Below are positions 37,601-53,200 of a stretch of 64,000 nucleotides of DNA, piece by piece; the stretch's first letter is position 1, and each line of letters starts with the position of its first letter. This DNA is from Eledone cirrhosa (lineage: Eukaryota). The translations under genes and the position numbers were made by a program. The stretch spans positions 2,604,001 through 2,668,000 of the forward strand of contig CAXHJY010000096.1 of NCBI GenBank assembly GCA_964016885.1. Direction: 5' to 3'. The notes below the pieces were generated by a model. It saw nothing but the letters and a program-made list of their open reading frames with translations. It did no database searches and had not been told where the DNA came from.

Positions 37601-40600
37601 CCAGCCGTCCAAGGAGACATATTTTCCAGCCGTCCAAGGAGAGGTAATTCCTAGCCGTCCAAGGGGAGATAAATTCCAGCCTCCAAGGGGAGATAATTTC
37701 CAGCCAGCCAAGGGGAGATAATTTGTAAAAAAAATCAGGGGGAGATAATTTGTAAAAAAAATCAGGGGGAGATAATTTGTAAAAAAAAATCAGGGGGAGA
37801 TAATTTGTAAAAAATAATCAGGGGGAGATAATTTGTAAAAAAAATCAAGGGGAGATAATTTCCAGCCGTCCAAGGGGAGATAATTTTCAGCCGTCCAAGG
37901 GGAGATAATTTCCCGCCAGCCAAGGGAAGATAATATTTAAAAAAATTAGGCGGAGATAATTTGTAAAAAAAATCAGGGGGAGATAATTTGTAAAAAAAAT
38001 CAGGGGGAGATAATTTGTAAAAAAAATCAGGGGGAGATAATTTGTAAAAAAAAATCAGGGGTAGATAATTTGTAAAAAAAAATCAGGGGGAGGTAATTTG
38101 TAAAAAAAATCAAGGGGAGATAATTTCCAGCCGTCCAAGGGAAGATAATTTCCAGCCCTCCAAGGGGAGATAATTTTTTTTAAAAAATCAGGCGGAGATA
38201 ATTTGTAAAAAAAATCAGGGGGAGATAATTTGTAAAAAAAATCAGGGGGAGATAATTTGTAAAAAAAAATCAGGGGTAGATAATTTGTAAAAAAAAATCA
38301 GGGGGAGATAATTTGTAAAAAAAATCAAGGGGAGATAATTTCCAGCCGTCCAAGGGAAGATAATTTCCAGCCCTCCAAGGGGCTATAATTTCCAGCGTCC
38401 AAGGGGAGATAATTTCCAGCCAGCGAAGGGGAGATAATTTTTTAAAAAAAATCATTGGGAGATTTGTAAAAAAAATCAGGGGGAGATAATTTGTAAAAAA
38501 AATCAAGGGGAGATAATTTCCAGCCGTCCAAGGGGAGGTAATATCTAGCCGTCCAAGGGTAGATAATTTCCAGCCGTCCAACGGGAGATAATTTCCAGCC
38601 GTCCAAGGGTAGATAATATCCAGCCGCCCAAGGACATATTTTCCAGCCGTCCAAGGAGAGGTAATTTCTAGCCGTCCAAGGGGAGATAATTTCCAGCCGT
38701 CCAAGGGTAGATAATATCCAGCCGTCCAAGGACATATTTTCCAGCCGTCCAAGGAGAGGTAATTTCTAGCCGTCCAAGGGGAGATAAATTCCAGCCTCCA
38801 AGGGGAGATAATTTCCAGCCAGCCAAGGGGAGATAATTTGTAAAAAAATCAGGGGGAGATAATTTGTAAAAAAAATCAGGGGGAGATAATTTGTAAAAAA
38901 AAATCAGGGGGAGATAATTTGTAAAAAAAAATCAGGGGGAGATAATTTGCAAAAAAAATCAGGGGGAGATAATTTGTAAAAAAAAATCAGGGGTAGATAA
39001 TTTGTAAAAAAAAATCAGGGGGAGATAATTTGTAAAAAAAAATCAGGGGGAGATAATTTGTAAAAAAAATCAAGGGGAGATAATTTCCAGCCGTCCAAGG
39101 AGAAATAATTTTAAAAAAAATCAGGCGGATATAATTTGTAAAAAAAAATCAGGGGGAGATAATTTGTAAAAAAAAATCAGGGGGAGATAATTTGTAAAAA
39201 AAATCAGGGGGAGATAATTTGTAAAAAAAATCATGGGGAGATAATTTGTAAAAAAAAATCAGGGGTAGATAATTTGTAAAAAAAAATCAGGGGGAGATAA
39301 TTTGTAAAAAAAAATCAGGGGGAGATAATTTGTAAAAAAAATCAAGGGGAGATAATATCCAGCCGTCCAAGGAGAGATAATTTTAAAAAAAAATGAGGCG
39401 GAGATAATTTGTAAAAAAAATCAGGGGGAGATAATTTGTAAAAAAATCAGGGGGAGATAATTTGTAAAAAAAATCAGGGGGAGATAATTTGTAAAAAAAA
39501 TCATGGGGAGATAATTTGTAAAAAAAAATCAGGGGTAGATAATTTGTAAAAAAAAATCAGGGGGAGATAATTTGTAAAAAAAAATGAGGGGGAGATAATT
39601 TGTAAAAAAAATCAAGGGGAGATAATTTCCAGCCGTCCAAGGGGAGATAATTTTCAGCCGTCCAAGGAGAGGTAATTTCTAGCCGTCCAAGGGGAGATAA
39701 TTTCCAGCCGTCCAAGGGGAGGTAATTTCCAGCCGTCCAAGGGGAGATAAATTAAAAAAAAAATCAGGCGGAGATAATTTGTAAAAAAAATCAAGGGGAG
39801 ATAATTTGCAGCCGTCCAATGGGAGATAATTTTCAGTCGTCCAAGGAGAGGTAATTTCTAGCCGTCAAAGGGGAGATAATTTCCAGCCGTCCAAGGGGAG
39901 ATAATTTCCAGCCGTCCAAGGGGAGATAATTTTTTTTTAAAAATCAGGCGGAGATAATTTGTAAAAAAAATCAGGGGGAGATAATTTGTAAAAAAAATCA
40001 GGGGGAGATAATTTGTAAAAAAAAATCAGGGGGAGATAATTTGTAAAAAAAATTAGGCGTAGATAATTTGTAAAAAAAAATCAGGGGGAGATAATTTGTA
40101 AAAAAAAATCAGGGGGAGATAATTTGTTTAAAAAATCAAGGGGAGATAATTTGCAGCCGTCCAAGGGGAGATAATTTTCAGCCGTCCAAGGAGAGGTAAT
40201 TTCTAGCCGTTCAAGGGGAGATAATTTCCAGCCGTCCAAGGGGAGATAATTTCCAGCCGTCCAAGGGGAGATAATTTTTTTTTAAAAATCAGGCGGAGAT
40301 AATTTGTAAAAAAAAATCAGGGGGAGATAATTCGTAAAAAAAAATCAGGGGGAGATAATTTGTAAAAAAAAATCAGGGTGAGATAATTTGTAAAAAAAAT
40401 CAAGGGGAGATAATTTCCAGCCGTCCAAGGGAAGATAATTTCCAGCCCTCCAAGGGGCTATAATTTCCAGCGTCCAAGGGGAGATAATTTCCAGCCAGCG
40501 AAGGGGAGATAATTTTTAAAAAAAAATCATTGGGAGATTTGTAAAAAAAATCAGGGGGAGATAATTTGTAAAAAAAATCAAGGGGAGATAATTTCCAGCC

Positions 40601-43600
40601 GTCCAAGGGGAGGTAATATCTAGCCGTCCAAGGGTAGATAATTTCCAGCCGTCCAACGGGAGATAATTTCCAGCCGTCCAAGGGTAGATAATATCCAGCC
40701 GCCCAAGGACATATTTTCCAGCCGTCCAAGGAGAGGTAATTTCTAGCCGTCCAAGGGGAGATAATTTCCAGCCGTCCAAGGGTAGATAATATCCAGCCGT
40801 CCAAGGACATATTTTCCAGCCGTCCAAGGAGAGGTAATTTCTAGCCGTCCAAGGGGAGATAAATTCCAGCCTCCAAGGGGAGATAATTTCCAGCCAGCCA
40901 AGGGGAGATAATTTGTAAAAAAATCAGGGGGAGATAATTTGTAAAAAAAATCAGGGGGAGATAATTTGTAAAAAAAAATCAGGGGGAGATAATTTGTAAA
41001 AAAAAATCAGGGGGAGATAATTTGCAAAAAAAATCAGGGGGAGATAATTTGTAAAAAAAAATCAGGGGTAGATAATTTGTAAAAAAAAATCAGGGGGAGA
41101 TAATTTGTAAAAAAAAATCAGGGGGAGATAATTTGTAAAAAAAATCAAGGGGAGATAATTTCCAGCCGTCCAAGGAGAGATAATTTAAAAAAAAATCAGG
41201 CGGAGATAATTTGTAAAAAAAAATCAGGGGGAGATAATTTGTAAAAAAAAATCAGGGGGAGATAATTTGTAAAAAAAAATCAGGGGGAGATAATTTGTAA
41301 AAAAAATCAGGAGGAGATAATTTGTAAAAAAAATCAAGGGGAGATAATTTCCAGCCGTCCAAGGAGAGATAATTTAAAAAAAAATCAGGCGGAGATAATT
41401 TGTAAAAAAAAATCAGGGGGAGATAATTTGTAAAAAAAAATCAGGGGGAGATAATTTGTAAAAAAAATCAAGGGGAGATAATTTCCAGCCGTCCAAGGGG
41501 AGATAATTTTCAGCCGTCCAAGGGGAGATAATTTCCCGCCAGCCAAGGGAAGATAATATTCAAAAAAATCAGGCGGAGATAATTTGTAAAAAAATCAGGG
41601 GGAGATAATTTGTAAAAAAATCAGGGGGAGATAATTTGTAAAAAAAAAAATCAGGGGGAGATAATTTTTAAAAAAAATCAGGGGGAGATAATTTGTAAAA
41701 AAAAATCAGGGGTAGATAATTTGTAAAAAAAAATCAGGGGGAGATAATTTGTAAAAAAAAATCAGGGGGAGATAATTTGTAAAAAAAATGAAAGGGGAGA
41801 TAATATCCAGCCGTCCAAGGGGAGATAATTTCCAGCCGTCCAAGGGGAGATAATTTCCAGCCGTCCAAGGGGAGATAATTTCCATCCTTCCAAGGGGATA
41901 TAATTTCCAGCCGTCCAAGGGGAGATAATTTCCATCCTTCCAAGGGGATATAATTTCCAGCCGTCCAAGGGGAGATAATTTTCAGCCGTCCAAGGAGAGG
42001 TAATTTCTAGCCGTCCAAGGAGAGATAATTTCCAGCCGTCCAAGGGGAGATAATTTCCAGCCGTCCAAGGGGAGATAATTTCCAGCCGTCCAAGGAGACA
42101 TATTTTCCAGCCGTCCAAGGAGAGGTAATTCCTAGCCGTCCAAGGGGAGATAAATTCCAGCCTCCAAGGGGAGATAATTTCCAGCCAGCCAAGGGGAGAT
42201 AATTTGTAAAAAAAATCAGGGGGAGATAATTTGTAAAAAAAATCAGGGGGAGATAATTTGTAAAAAAAAATCAGGGGGAGATAATTTGTAAAAAATAATC
42301 AGGGGGAGATAATTTGTAAAAAAAATCAAGGGGAGATAATTTCCAGCCGTCCAAGGGGAGATAATTTTCAGCCGTCCAAGGGGAGATAATTTCCCGCCAG
42401 CCAAGGGAAGATAATATTTAAAAAAATTAGGCGGAGATAATTTGTAAAAAAAATCAGGGGGAGATAATTTGTAAAAAAATCAGGGGGAGATAATTTGTAA
42501 AAAAAATCAGGGGGAGATAATTTGTAAAAAAAATCAGGGGGAGATAATTTGTAAAAAAAAATCAGGGGGAGATAATTTGTAAAAAAAATCAAGGGGAGAT
42601 AATTTCCAGCCGTCCAAGGGAAGATAATTTCCAGCCCTCCAAGGGGCTATAATTTCCAGCGTCCAAGGGGAGATAATTTCCAGCCAGCGAAGGGGAGATA
42701 ATTTTTTTTAAAAAATCATTGGGAGATTTGTAAAAAAAATCAGGGGGAGATAATTTGTAAAAAAAATCAAGGGGAGATAATTTCCAGCCGTCCAAGGGGA
42801 GGTAATATCTAGCCGTCCAAGGGGAGATAATTTCCAGCCGTCCAAGGGGAGATAATTTCCAGCCGTCCAAGGGTAGATAATATCCAGCCGTCCAAGGACA
42901 TATTTTCCAGCCGTCCAAGGAGAGGTAATTTCTAGCCGTCCAAGGGGAGATAAATTCCAGCCTCCAAGGTGAGATAATTTCCAGCCAGCCAAGAGGAGAT
43001 AATTTGTAAAAAAATCAGGGGGAGATAATTTGTAAAAAAAATCAGGGGGAGATAATTTGTAAAAAAAAATCAGGGGGAGATAATTTGTAAAAAAAATCAG
43101 GGGGAGATAATTTGTAAAAAAAAATCAGGGGGAGATAATTTGTAAAAAAAATCAAGGGGAGATAATTTCCAGCCGTCCAAGGGGAGATAATTTCCCGCCA
43201 GCCAAGGGAAGATAATATTTAAAAAAATCAGGCGGAGATAATTTGTAAAAAAAATCAGGGGGAGATAATTTGTAAAAAAATCAGGGGGAGATAATTTGTA
43301 AAAAAAAAATCAGGGGGAGATAATTTGTAAAAAAAATCAGGGGGAGATAATTTGTAAAAAAAAATCAGGGGTAGATAAATTGTAAAAAAAAATCAGGGGG
43401 AGATAATTTGTAAAAAAAATCAGGGGGAGATAATTTGTAAAAAAAATGAAAGGGGAGATAATATCCAGCCGTCCAAGGGGAGATAATTTCCAGCCGTCCA
43501 AGGGGAGATAATTTCCAGCCGTCCAAGGGGAGATAATTTCCATCCTTCCAAGGGGATATAATTTCCAGCCGTCCAAGGGGAGATAATTTCCCGCCAGCCA

Positions 43601-44260
43601 AGGGAAGATAATTTTTAAAAAAATCAGGCGGAGATTGTAAAAAAAATCAGGGGGGAGATAATTTGTAAAAAAATCAGGGGGAGATAATTTGTAAAAAATA
43701 ATCAGGGGGAGATAATTTGTAAAAAAAAATCAAGGGGAGATAATTTCCAGCCGTCCAAGGGGAGATAATTTCCCGCCAGCCAAGGGAAGATAATATTTAA
43801 AAAAATTAGGCGGAGATAATTTGTAAAAAAAATCAGGGGGAGATAATTTGTAAAAAAATCAGGGGGAGATAATTTGTAAAAAAAATCAGGGGGAGATAAT
43901 TTGTAAAAAAAATCATGGGGAGATAATTTGTAAAAAAAAATCAGGGGTAGATAATTTGTAAAAAAAAATCAGGGGGAGATAATTTGTAAAAAAAAATCAG
44001 GGGGAGATAATTTGTAAAAAAAATCAAGGGGAGATAATTTCCAGCCGTCCAAGGGGAGATAATTTTCAGCTGTCCAAGGAGAGGTAATTTCTAGCCGTCC
44101 AAGGGGAGATAATTTCCAGCCGGTCAAGGGGAGGTAATTTCCAGCCGTCCAAGGGGAGATAATTTTAAAAAAAAAATCAGGCGGAGATAATTTGTAAAAA
44201 AAATCAAGGGGAGATAATTTGCAGCCGTCCAAGGGGAGATAATTTTCAGTCGTCCAAGGA
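31650..44260 (+). repeat. Repeated ~4.7-kb segment at offset ~7911 bp (~31650-36350 vs ~39560-44260)
   Basis: ORF offsets are 7911 (33795->41706, 34457->42368, 35426->43337). Shared rare variants: ccaatggg 31910/39820 and gtcaaagg ~31957/39867. Confidence 0.82.
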
Positions 44261-47200
44261 GAGGTAATTTCTAGCCGTCCAAGAGGAGATAATTGCCAGC
44301 CGTCCAAGGGGAGATAATTTCCAGCCGTCCAAGGGGAGATAATTTTTTTTAAAAAATCAGGCGGAGATAATTTGTAAAAAAAATCAGGGGGAGATAATTT
44401 GTAAAAAAAATCAGGGGGAGATAATTTGTAAAAAAAAATCAGGGGTAGATAATTTGTAAAAAAAAATCAGGGGGAGATAATTTGTAAAAGAAATCAAGGG
44501 GAGATAATTTCCAGCCGTCCAAGGGAAGATAATTTCCAGCCCTCCAAGGGGCTATAATTTCCAGCGTCCAAGGGGAGATAATTTCCAGCCAGCGAAGGGG
44601 AGATAATTTTTAAAAAAAAATCATTGGGAGATTTGTAAAAAAAATCAGGGGGAGATAATTTGTAAAAAAAATCAAGGGGAGATAATTTCCAGCCGTCCAA
44701 GGGGAGGTAATATCTAGCCGTCCAAGGGTAGATAATTTCCAGCCGTCCAACGGGAGATAATTTCCAGCCGTCCAAGGGTAGATAATATCCAGCCGCCCAA
44801 GGACATATTTTCCAGCCGTCCAAGGAGAGGTAATTTCTAGCCGTCCAAGGGGAGATAATTTCCAGCCGTCCAAGGGTAGATAATATCCAGCCGTCCAAGG
44901 ACATATTTTCCAGCCGTCCAAGGAGAGGTAATTTCTAGCCGTCCAAGGGGAGATAAATTCCAGCCTCCAAGGGGAGATAATTTCCAGCCAGCCAAGGGGA
45001 GATAATTTGTAAAAAAATCAGGGGGAGATAATTTGTAAAAAAAATCAGGGGGAGATAATTTGTAAAAAAAAATCAGGGGGAGATAATTTGTAAAAAAAAA
45101 TCAGGGGGAGATAATTTGCAAAAAAAATCAGGGGGAGATAATTTGTAAAAAAAAATCAGGGGTAGATAATTTGTAAAAAAAAATCAGGGGGAGATAATTT
45201 GTAAAAAAAAATCAGGGGGAGATAATTTGTAAAAAAAATCAAGGGGAGATAATTTCCAGCCGTCCAAGGAGAGATAATTTTAAAAAAAATCAGGCGGAGA
45301 TAATTTATAAAAAAAAATCAGGGGGAGATAATTTGTAAAAAAAAATCAGGGGGAGATAATTTGTAAAAAAAAATCAGGGGGAGATAATTTGTAAAAAAAA
45401 TCAGGAGGAGATAATTTGTAAAAAAAATCAAGGGGAGATAATTTCCAGCCGTCCAAGGAGAGATAATTTAAAAAAAAATCAGGCGGAGATAATTTGTAAA
45501 AAAAAATCAGGGGGAGATAATTTGTAAAAAAAAATCAGGGGGAGATAATTTGTAAAAAAAATCAAGGGGAGATAATTTCCAGCCGTCCAAGGGGAGATAA
45601 TTTTCAGCCGTCCAAGGGGAGATAATTTCCCGCCAGCCAAGGGAAGATAATATTCAAAAAAATCAGGCGGAGATAATTTGTAAAAAAAATCAGGGGGAGA
45701 TAATTTGTAAAAAAATCAGGGGGAGATAATTTGTAAAAAAAAAAATCAGGGGGAGATAATTTTTAAAAAAAATCAGGGGGAGATAATTTGTAAAAAAAAA
45801 TCAGGGGTAGATAATTTGTAAAAAAAAATCAGGGGGAGATAATTTGTAAAAAAAAATCAGGGGGAGATAACTTGTAAAAAAAATGAAAGGGGAGATAATA
45901 TCCAGCCGTCCAAGGGGAGATAATTTCCAGCCGTCCAAGGGGAGATAATTTCCAGCCGTCCAAGGGGAGATAATTTCCATCCTTCCAAGGGGATATAATT
46001 TCCAGCCGTCCAAGGGGAGATAATTTCCATCCTTCCAAGGGGATATAATTTCCAGCCGTCCAAGGGGAGATAATTTTCAGCCGTCCAAGGAGAGGTAATT
46101 TCTAGCCGTCCAAGGAGAGATAATTTCCAGCCGTCCAAGGGGAGATAATTTCCAGCCGTCCAAGGGGAGATAATTTCCAGCCGTCCAAGGAGACATATTT
46201 TCCAGCCGTCCAAGGAGAGGTAATTCCTAGCCGTCCAAGGGGAGATAAATTCCAGCCTCCAAGGGGAGATAATTTCCAGCCAGCCAAGGGGAGATAATTT
46301 GTAAAAAAAATCAGGGGGAGATAATTTGTAAAAAAAATCAGGGGGAGATAATTTGTAAAAAAAAATCAGGGGGAGATAATTTGTAAAAAATAATCAGGGG
46401 GAGATAATTTGTAAAAAAAATCAAGGGGAGATAATTTCCAGCCGTCCAAGGGGAGATAATTTTCAGCCGTCCAAGGGGAGATAATTTCCCGCCAGCCAAG
46501 GGAAGATAATATTTAAAAAAATTAGGCGGAGATAATTTGTAAAAAAAATCAGGGGGAGATAATTTGTAAAAAAATCAGGGGGAGATAATTTGTAAAAAAA
46601 ATCAGGGGGAGATAATTTGTAAAAAAAATCAGGGGGAGATAATTTGTAAAAAAAAATCAGGGGGAGATAATTTGTAAAAAAAATCAAGGGGAGATAATTT
46701 CCAGCCCTCCAAGGGAAGATAATTTCCAGCCCTCCAAGGGGCTATAATTTCCAGCGTCCAAGGGGAGATAATTTCCAGCCAGCGAAGGGGAGATAATTTT
46801 TTTTAAAAAATCATTGGGAGATTTGTAAAAAAAATCAGGGGGAGATAATTTGTAAAAAAAAATAAGGGGAGATAATTTCCAGCCGTCCAAGGGGAGGTAA
46901 TATCTAGCCGTCCAAGGGGAGATAATTTCCAGCCGTCCAAGGGGAGATAATTTCCAGCCGTCCAAGGGTAGATAATATCCAGCCGTCCAAGGACATATTT
47001 TCCAGCCGTCCAAGGAGAGGTAATTTCTAGCCGTCCAAGGGGAGATAAATTCCAGCCTCCAAGGTGAGATAATTTCCAGCCAGCCAAGGGGAGATAATTT
47101 GTAAAAAAATCAGGGGGAGATAATTTGTAAAAAAAATCAGGGGGAGATAATTTGTAAAAAAAAATCAGGGGGAGATAATTTGTAAAAAAAATCAGGGGGA

Positions 47201-50200
47201 GATAATTTGTAAAAAAAAATCAGGGGGAGATAATTTGTAAAAAAAATCAAGGGGAGATAATTTCCAGCCGTCCAAGGGGAGATAATTTCCCGCCAGCCAA
47301 GGGAAGATAATATTTAAAAAAATCAGGCGGAGATAATTTGTAAAAAAAATCAGGGGGAGATAATTTGTAAAAAAATCAGGGGGAGATAATTTGTAAAAAA
47401 AATCAGGGGGAGATAATTTGTAAAAAAAAATCAGGGGTAGATAAATTGTAAAAAAAAATCAGGGGGAGATAATTTGTAAAAAAAATCAGGGGGAGATAAT
47501 TTGTAAAAAAAATGAAAGGGGAGATAATATCCAGCCGTCCAAGGGGAGATAATTTCCAGCCGTCCAAGGGGAGATAATTTCCAGCCGTCCAAGGGGAGAT
47601 AATTTCCATCCTTCCAAGGGGATATAATTTCCAGCCGTCCAAGGGGAGATAATTTCCCGCCAGCCAAGGGAAGATAATTTTTAAAAAAATCAGGCGGAGA
47701 TTGTAAAAAAAATCAGGGGGGAGATAATTTGTAAAAAAATCAGGGGGAGATAATTTGTAAAAAAAATCAGGGGGAGATAATTTGTAAAAAAAAATCAGGG
47801 GTAGATAAATTGTAAAAAAAAATCAGGGGGAGTTAATTTGTAAAAAAAATCAGGGAGGGATAATTTGTAAAAAAAATGAAAGGGGAGATAATATCCAGCC
47901 GTCCAAGGGGAGATAATTTCCAGCCGTCCAAGGGGAGATAATTTCCAGCCGTCCAAGGGGAGATAATTTCCATCCTTCCAAGGGGATATAATTTCCAGCC
48001 GTCCAAGGGGAGATAATTTCCCGCCAGCCAAGGGAAGATAATTTTTAAAAAAATCAGGCGGAGATTGTAAAAAAAATCAGGGGGGAGATAATTTGTAAAA
48101 AAATCAGGGGGAGATAATTTGTAAAAAATAATCAGGGGGAGATAATTTGTAAAAAAAAATCAAGGGGAGATAATTTCCAGCCGTCCAAGGGGAGATAATT
48201 TCCCGCCAGCCAAGGGAAGATAATATTTAAAAAAATTAGGCGGAGATAATTTGTAAAAAAAATCAGGGGGAGATAATTTGTAAAAAAATCAGGGGGAGAT
48301 AATTTGTAAAAAAAATCAGGGGGAGATAATTTGTAAAAAAAATCATGGGGAGATAATTTGTAAAAAAAAATCAGGGGTAGATAATTTGTAAAAAAAAATC
48401 AGGGGGAGATAATTTGTAAAAAAAAATCAGGGGGAGATAATTTGTAAAAAAAATCAAGGGGAGATAATTTCCAGCCGTCCAAGGGGAGATAATTTTCAGC
48501 TGTCCAAGGAGAGGTAATTTCTAGCCGTCCAAGGGGAGATAATTTCCAGCCGTCCAAGGGGAGGTAATTTCCAGCCGTCCAAGGGGAGATAATTTAAAAA
48601 AAAAAATCAGGCGGAGATAATTTGTAAAAAAAATCAAGGGGAGATAATTTGCAGCCGTCCAAGGGGAGATAATTTTCAGTCGTCCAAGGAGAGGTAATTT
48701 CTAGCCGTCCAAGGGGAGATAAATTCCAGCCTCCAAGGGGAGATAATTTCCAGCCAGCCAAGGGTAGATAATTTGTAAAAAAATCAGGGGGAGATAATTT
48801 GTAAAAAAAATCAGGGGGAGATAATTTGTAAAAAAAAATCAGGGGGAGATAATTTGTAAAAAAAAATCAGGGGGAGATAATTTGCAAAAAAAATCAGGGG
48901 GAGATAATTTGTAAAAAAAAATCAGGGGTAGATAATTTGTAAAAAAAAATCAGGGGGAGATAATTTGTAAAAAAAAATCAGGGGGAGATAATTTGTAAAA
49001 AAAATCAAGGGGAGATAATTTCCAGCCGTCCAAGGAGAGATAATTTAAAAAAAAATCAGGCGGAGATAATTTGTAAAAAAAAATCAGGGGGAGATAATTT
49101 GTAAAAAAAAATCAGGGGGAGATAATTTGTAAAAAAAAATCAGGGGGAGATAATTTGTAAAAAAAATCAGGAGGAGATAATTTGTAAAAAAAATCAAGGG
49201 GAGATAATTTCCAGCCGTCCAAGGAGAGATAATTTTAAAAAAAATCAGGCGGAGATAATTTGTAAAAAAAAATCAGGGGGAGATAATTTGTAAAAAAAAA
49301 TCAGGGGGAGATAATTTGTAAAAAAAATCAAGGGGAGATAATTTCCAGCCGTCCAAGGGGAGATAATTTTCAGCCGTCCAAGGGGAGATAATTTCCCGCC
49401 AGCCAAGGGAAGATAATATTCAAAAAAATCAGGCGGAGATAATTTGTAAAAAAAATCAGGGGGAGATAATTTGTAAAAAAATCAGGGGGAGATAATTTGT
49501 AAAAAAAAAAATCAGGGGGAGATAATTTTTAAAAAAAATCAGGGGGAGATAATTTGTAAAAAAAAATCAGGGGTAGATAATTTGTAAAAAAAAATCAGGG
49601 GGAGATAATTTGTAAAAAAAAATCAGGGGGAGATAATTTGTAAAAAAAATGAAAGGGGAGATAATATCCAGCCGTCCAAGGGGAGATAATTTCCAGCCGT
49701 CCAAGGGGAGATAATTTCCAGCCGTCCAAGGGGAGATAATTTCCATCCTTCCAAGGGGATATAATTTCCAGCCGTCCAAGGGGAGATAATTTCCATCCTT
49801 CCAAGGGGATATAATTTCCAGCCGTCCAAGGGGAGATAATTTTCAGCCGTCCAAGGAGAGGTAATTTCTAGCCGTCCAAGGAGAGATAATTTCCAGCCGT
49901 CCAAGGGGAGATAATTTCCAGCCGTCCAAGGGGAGATAATTTCCAGCCGTCCAAGGAGACATATTTTCCAGCCGTCCAAGGAGAGGTAATTCCTAGCCGT
50001 CCAAGGGGAGATAAATTCCAGCCTCCAAGGGGAGATAATTTCCAGCCAGCCAAGGGGAGATAATTTGTAAAAAAAATCAGGGGGAGATAATTTGTAAAAA
50101 AAATCAGGGGGAGATAATTTGTAAAAAAAAATCAGGGGGAGATAATTTGTAAAAAATAATCAGGGGGAGATAATTTGTAAAAAAAATCAAGGGGAGATAA

Positions 50201-53200
50201 TTTCCAGCCGTCCAAGGGGAGATAATTTTCAGCCGTCCAAGGGGAGATAATTTCCCGCCAGCCAAGGGAAGATAATATTTAAAAAAATTAGGCGGAGATA
50301 ATTTGTAAAAAAAATCAGGGGGAGATAATTTGTAAAAAAAATCAGGGGGAGATAATTTGTAAAAAAAATCAGGGGGAGATAATTTGTAAAAAAAAATCAG
50401 GGGTAGATAATTTGTAAAAAAAAATCAGGGGGAGGTAATTTGTAAAAAAAATCAAGGGGAGATAATTTCCAGCCGTCCAAGGGAAGATAATTTCCAGCCC
50501 TCCAAGGGGAGATAATTTTTTTTAAAAAATCAGGCGGAGATAATTTGTAAAAAAAATCAGGGGGAGATAATTTGTAAAAAAAATCAGGGGGAGATAATTT
50601 GTAAAAAAAAATCAGGGGTAGATAATTTGTAAAAAAAAATCAGGGGGAGATAATTTGTAAAAAAAATCAAGGGGAGATAATTTCCAGCCGTCCAAGGGAA
50701 GATAATTTCCAGCCCTCCAAGGGGCTATAATTTCCAGCGTCCAAGGGGAGATAATTTCCAGCCAGCGAAGGGGAGATAATTTTTTAAAAAAAATCATTGG
50801 GAGATTTGTAAAAAAAATCAGGGGGAGATAATTTGTAAAAAAAATCAAGGGGAGATAATTTCCAGCCGTCCAAGGGGAGGTAATATCTAGCCGTCCAAGG
50901 GTAGATAATTTCCAGCCGTCCAACGGGAGATAATTTCCAGCCGTCCAAGGGTAGATAATATCCAGCCGCCCAAGGACATATTTTCCAGCCGTCCAAGGAG
51001 AGGTAATTTCTAGCCGTCCAAGGGGAGATAATTTCCAGCCGTCCAAGGGTAGATAATATCCAGCCGTCCAAGGACATATTTTCCAGCCGTCCAAGGAGAG
51101 GTAATTTCTAGCCGTCCAAGGGGAGATAAATTCCAGCCTCCAAGGGGAGATAATTTCCAGCCAGCCAAGGGGAGATAATTTGTAAAAAAATCAGGGGGAG
51201 ATAATTTGTAAAAAAAATCAGGGGGAGATAATTTGTAAAAAAAAATCAGGGGGAGATAATTTGTAAAAAAAAATCAGGGGGAGATAATTTGCAAAAAAAA
51301 TCAGGGGGAGATAATTTGTAAAAAAAAATCAGGGGTAGATAATTTGTAAAAAAAAATCAGGGGGAGATAATTTGTAAAAAAAAATCAGGGGGAGATAATT
51401 TGTAAAAAAAATCAAGGGGAGATAATTTCCAGCCGTCCAAGGAGAAATAATTTTAAAAAAAATCAGGCGGATATAATTTGTAAAAAAAAATCAGGGGGAG
51501 ATAATTTGTAAAAAAAAATCAGGGGGAGATAATTTGTAAAAAAAATCAGGGGGAGATAATTTGTAAAAAAAATCATGGGGAGATAATTTGTAAAAAAAAA
51601 TCAGGGGTAGATAATTTGTAAAAAAAAATCAGGGGGAGATAATTTGTAAAAAAAAATCAGGGGGAGATAATTTGTAAAAAAAATCAAGGGGAGATAATAT
51701 CCAGCCGTCCAAGGAGAGATAATTTTAAAAAAAAATGAGGCGGAGATAATTTGTAAAAAAAATCAGGGGGAGATAATTTGTAAAAAAATCAGGGGGAGAT
51801 AATTTGTAAAAAAAATCAGGGGGAGATAATTTGTAAAAAAAATCATGGGGAGATAATTTGTAAAAAAAAATCAGGGGTAGATAATTTGTAAAAAAAAATC
51901 AGGGGGAGATAATTTGTAAAAAAAAATGAGGGGGAGATAATTTGTAAAAAAAATCAAGGGGAGATAATTTCCAGCCGTCCAAGGGGAGATAATTTTCAGC
52001 CGTCCAAGGAGAGGTAATTTCTAGCCGTCCAAGGGGAGATAATTTCCAGCCGTCCAAGGGGAGGTAATTTCCAGCCGTCCAAGGGGAGATAAATTAAAAA
52101 AAAAATCAGGCGGAGATAATTTGTAAAAAAAATCAAGGGGAGATAATTTGCAGCCGTCCAATGGGAGATAATTTTCAGTCGTCCAAGGAGAGGTAATTTC
52201 TAGCCGTCAAAGGGGAGATAATTTCCAGCCGTCCAAGGGGAGATAATTTCCAGCCGTCCAAGGGGAGATAATTTTTTTTTAAAAATCAGGCGGAGATAAT
52301 TTGTAAAAAAAATCAGGGGGAGATAATTTGTAAACAAAATCAGGGGGAGATAATTTGTAAAAAAAAATCAGGGGGAGATAATTTGTAAAAAAAATTAGGC
52401 GTAGATAATTTGTAAAAAAAAATCAGGGGGAGATAATTTGTAAAAAAAAATCAGGGGGAGATAATTTGTTTAAAAAATCAAGGGGAGATAATTTGCAGCC
52501 GTCCAAGGGGAGATAATTTTCAGCCGTCCAAGGAGAGGTAATTTCTAGCCGTTCAAGGGGAGATAATTTCCAGCCGTCCAAGGGGAGATAATTTCCAGCC
52601 GTCCAAGGGGAGATAATTTTTTTTTAAAAATCAGGCGGAGATAATTTGTAAAAAAAAATCAGGGGGAGATAATTCGTAAAAAAAAATCAGGGGGAGATAA
52701 TTTGTAAAAAAAAATCAGGGGGAGATAATTTGTAAAAAAAATCAAGGGGAGATAATTTCCAGCCGTCCAAGGGAAGATAATTTCCAGCCCTCCAAGGGGC
52801 TATAATTTCCAGCGTCCAAGGGGAGATAATTTCCAGCCAGCGAAGGGGAGATAATTTTTAAAAAAAAATCATTGGGAGATTTGTAAAAAAAATCAGGGGG
52901 AGATAATTTGTAAAAAAAATCAAGGGGAGATAATTTCCAGCCGTCCAAGGGGAGGTAATATCTAGCCGTCCAAGGGTAGATAATTTCCAGCCGTCCAACG
53001 GGAGATAATTTCCAGCCGTCCAAGGGTAGATAATATCCAGCCGCCCAAGGACATATTTTCCAGCCGTCCAAGGAGAGGTAATTTCTAGCCGTCCAAGGGG
53101 AGATAATTTCCAGCCGTCCAAGGGTAGATAATATCCAGCCGTCCAAGGACATATTTTCCAGCCGTCCAAGGAGAGGTAATTTCTAGCCGTCCAAGGGGAG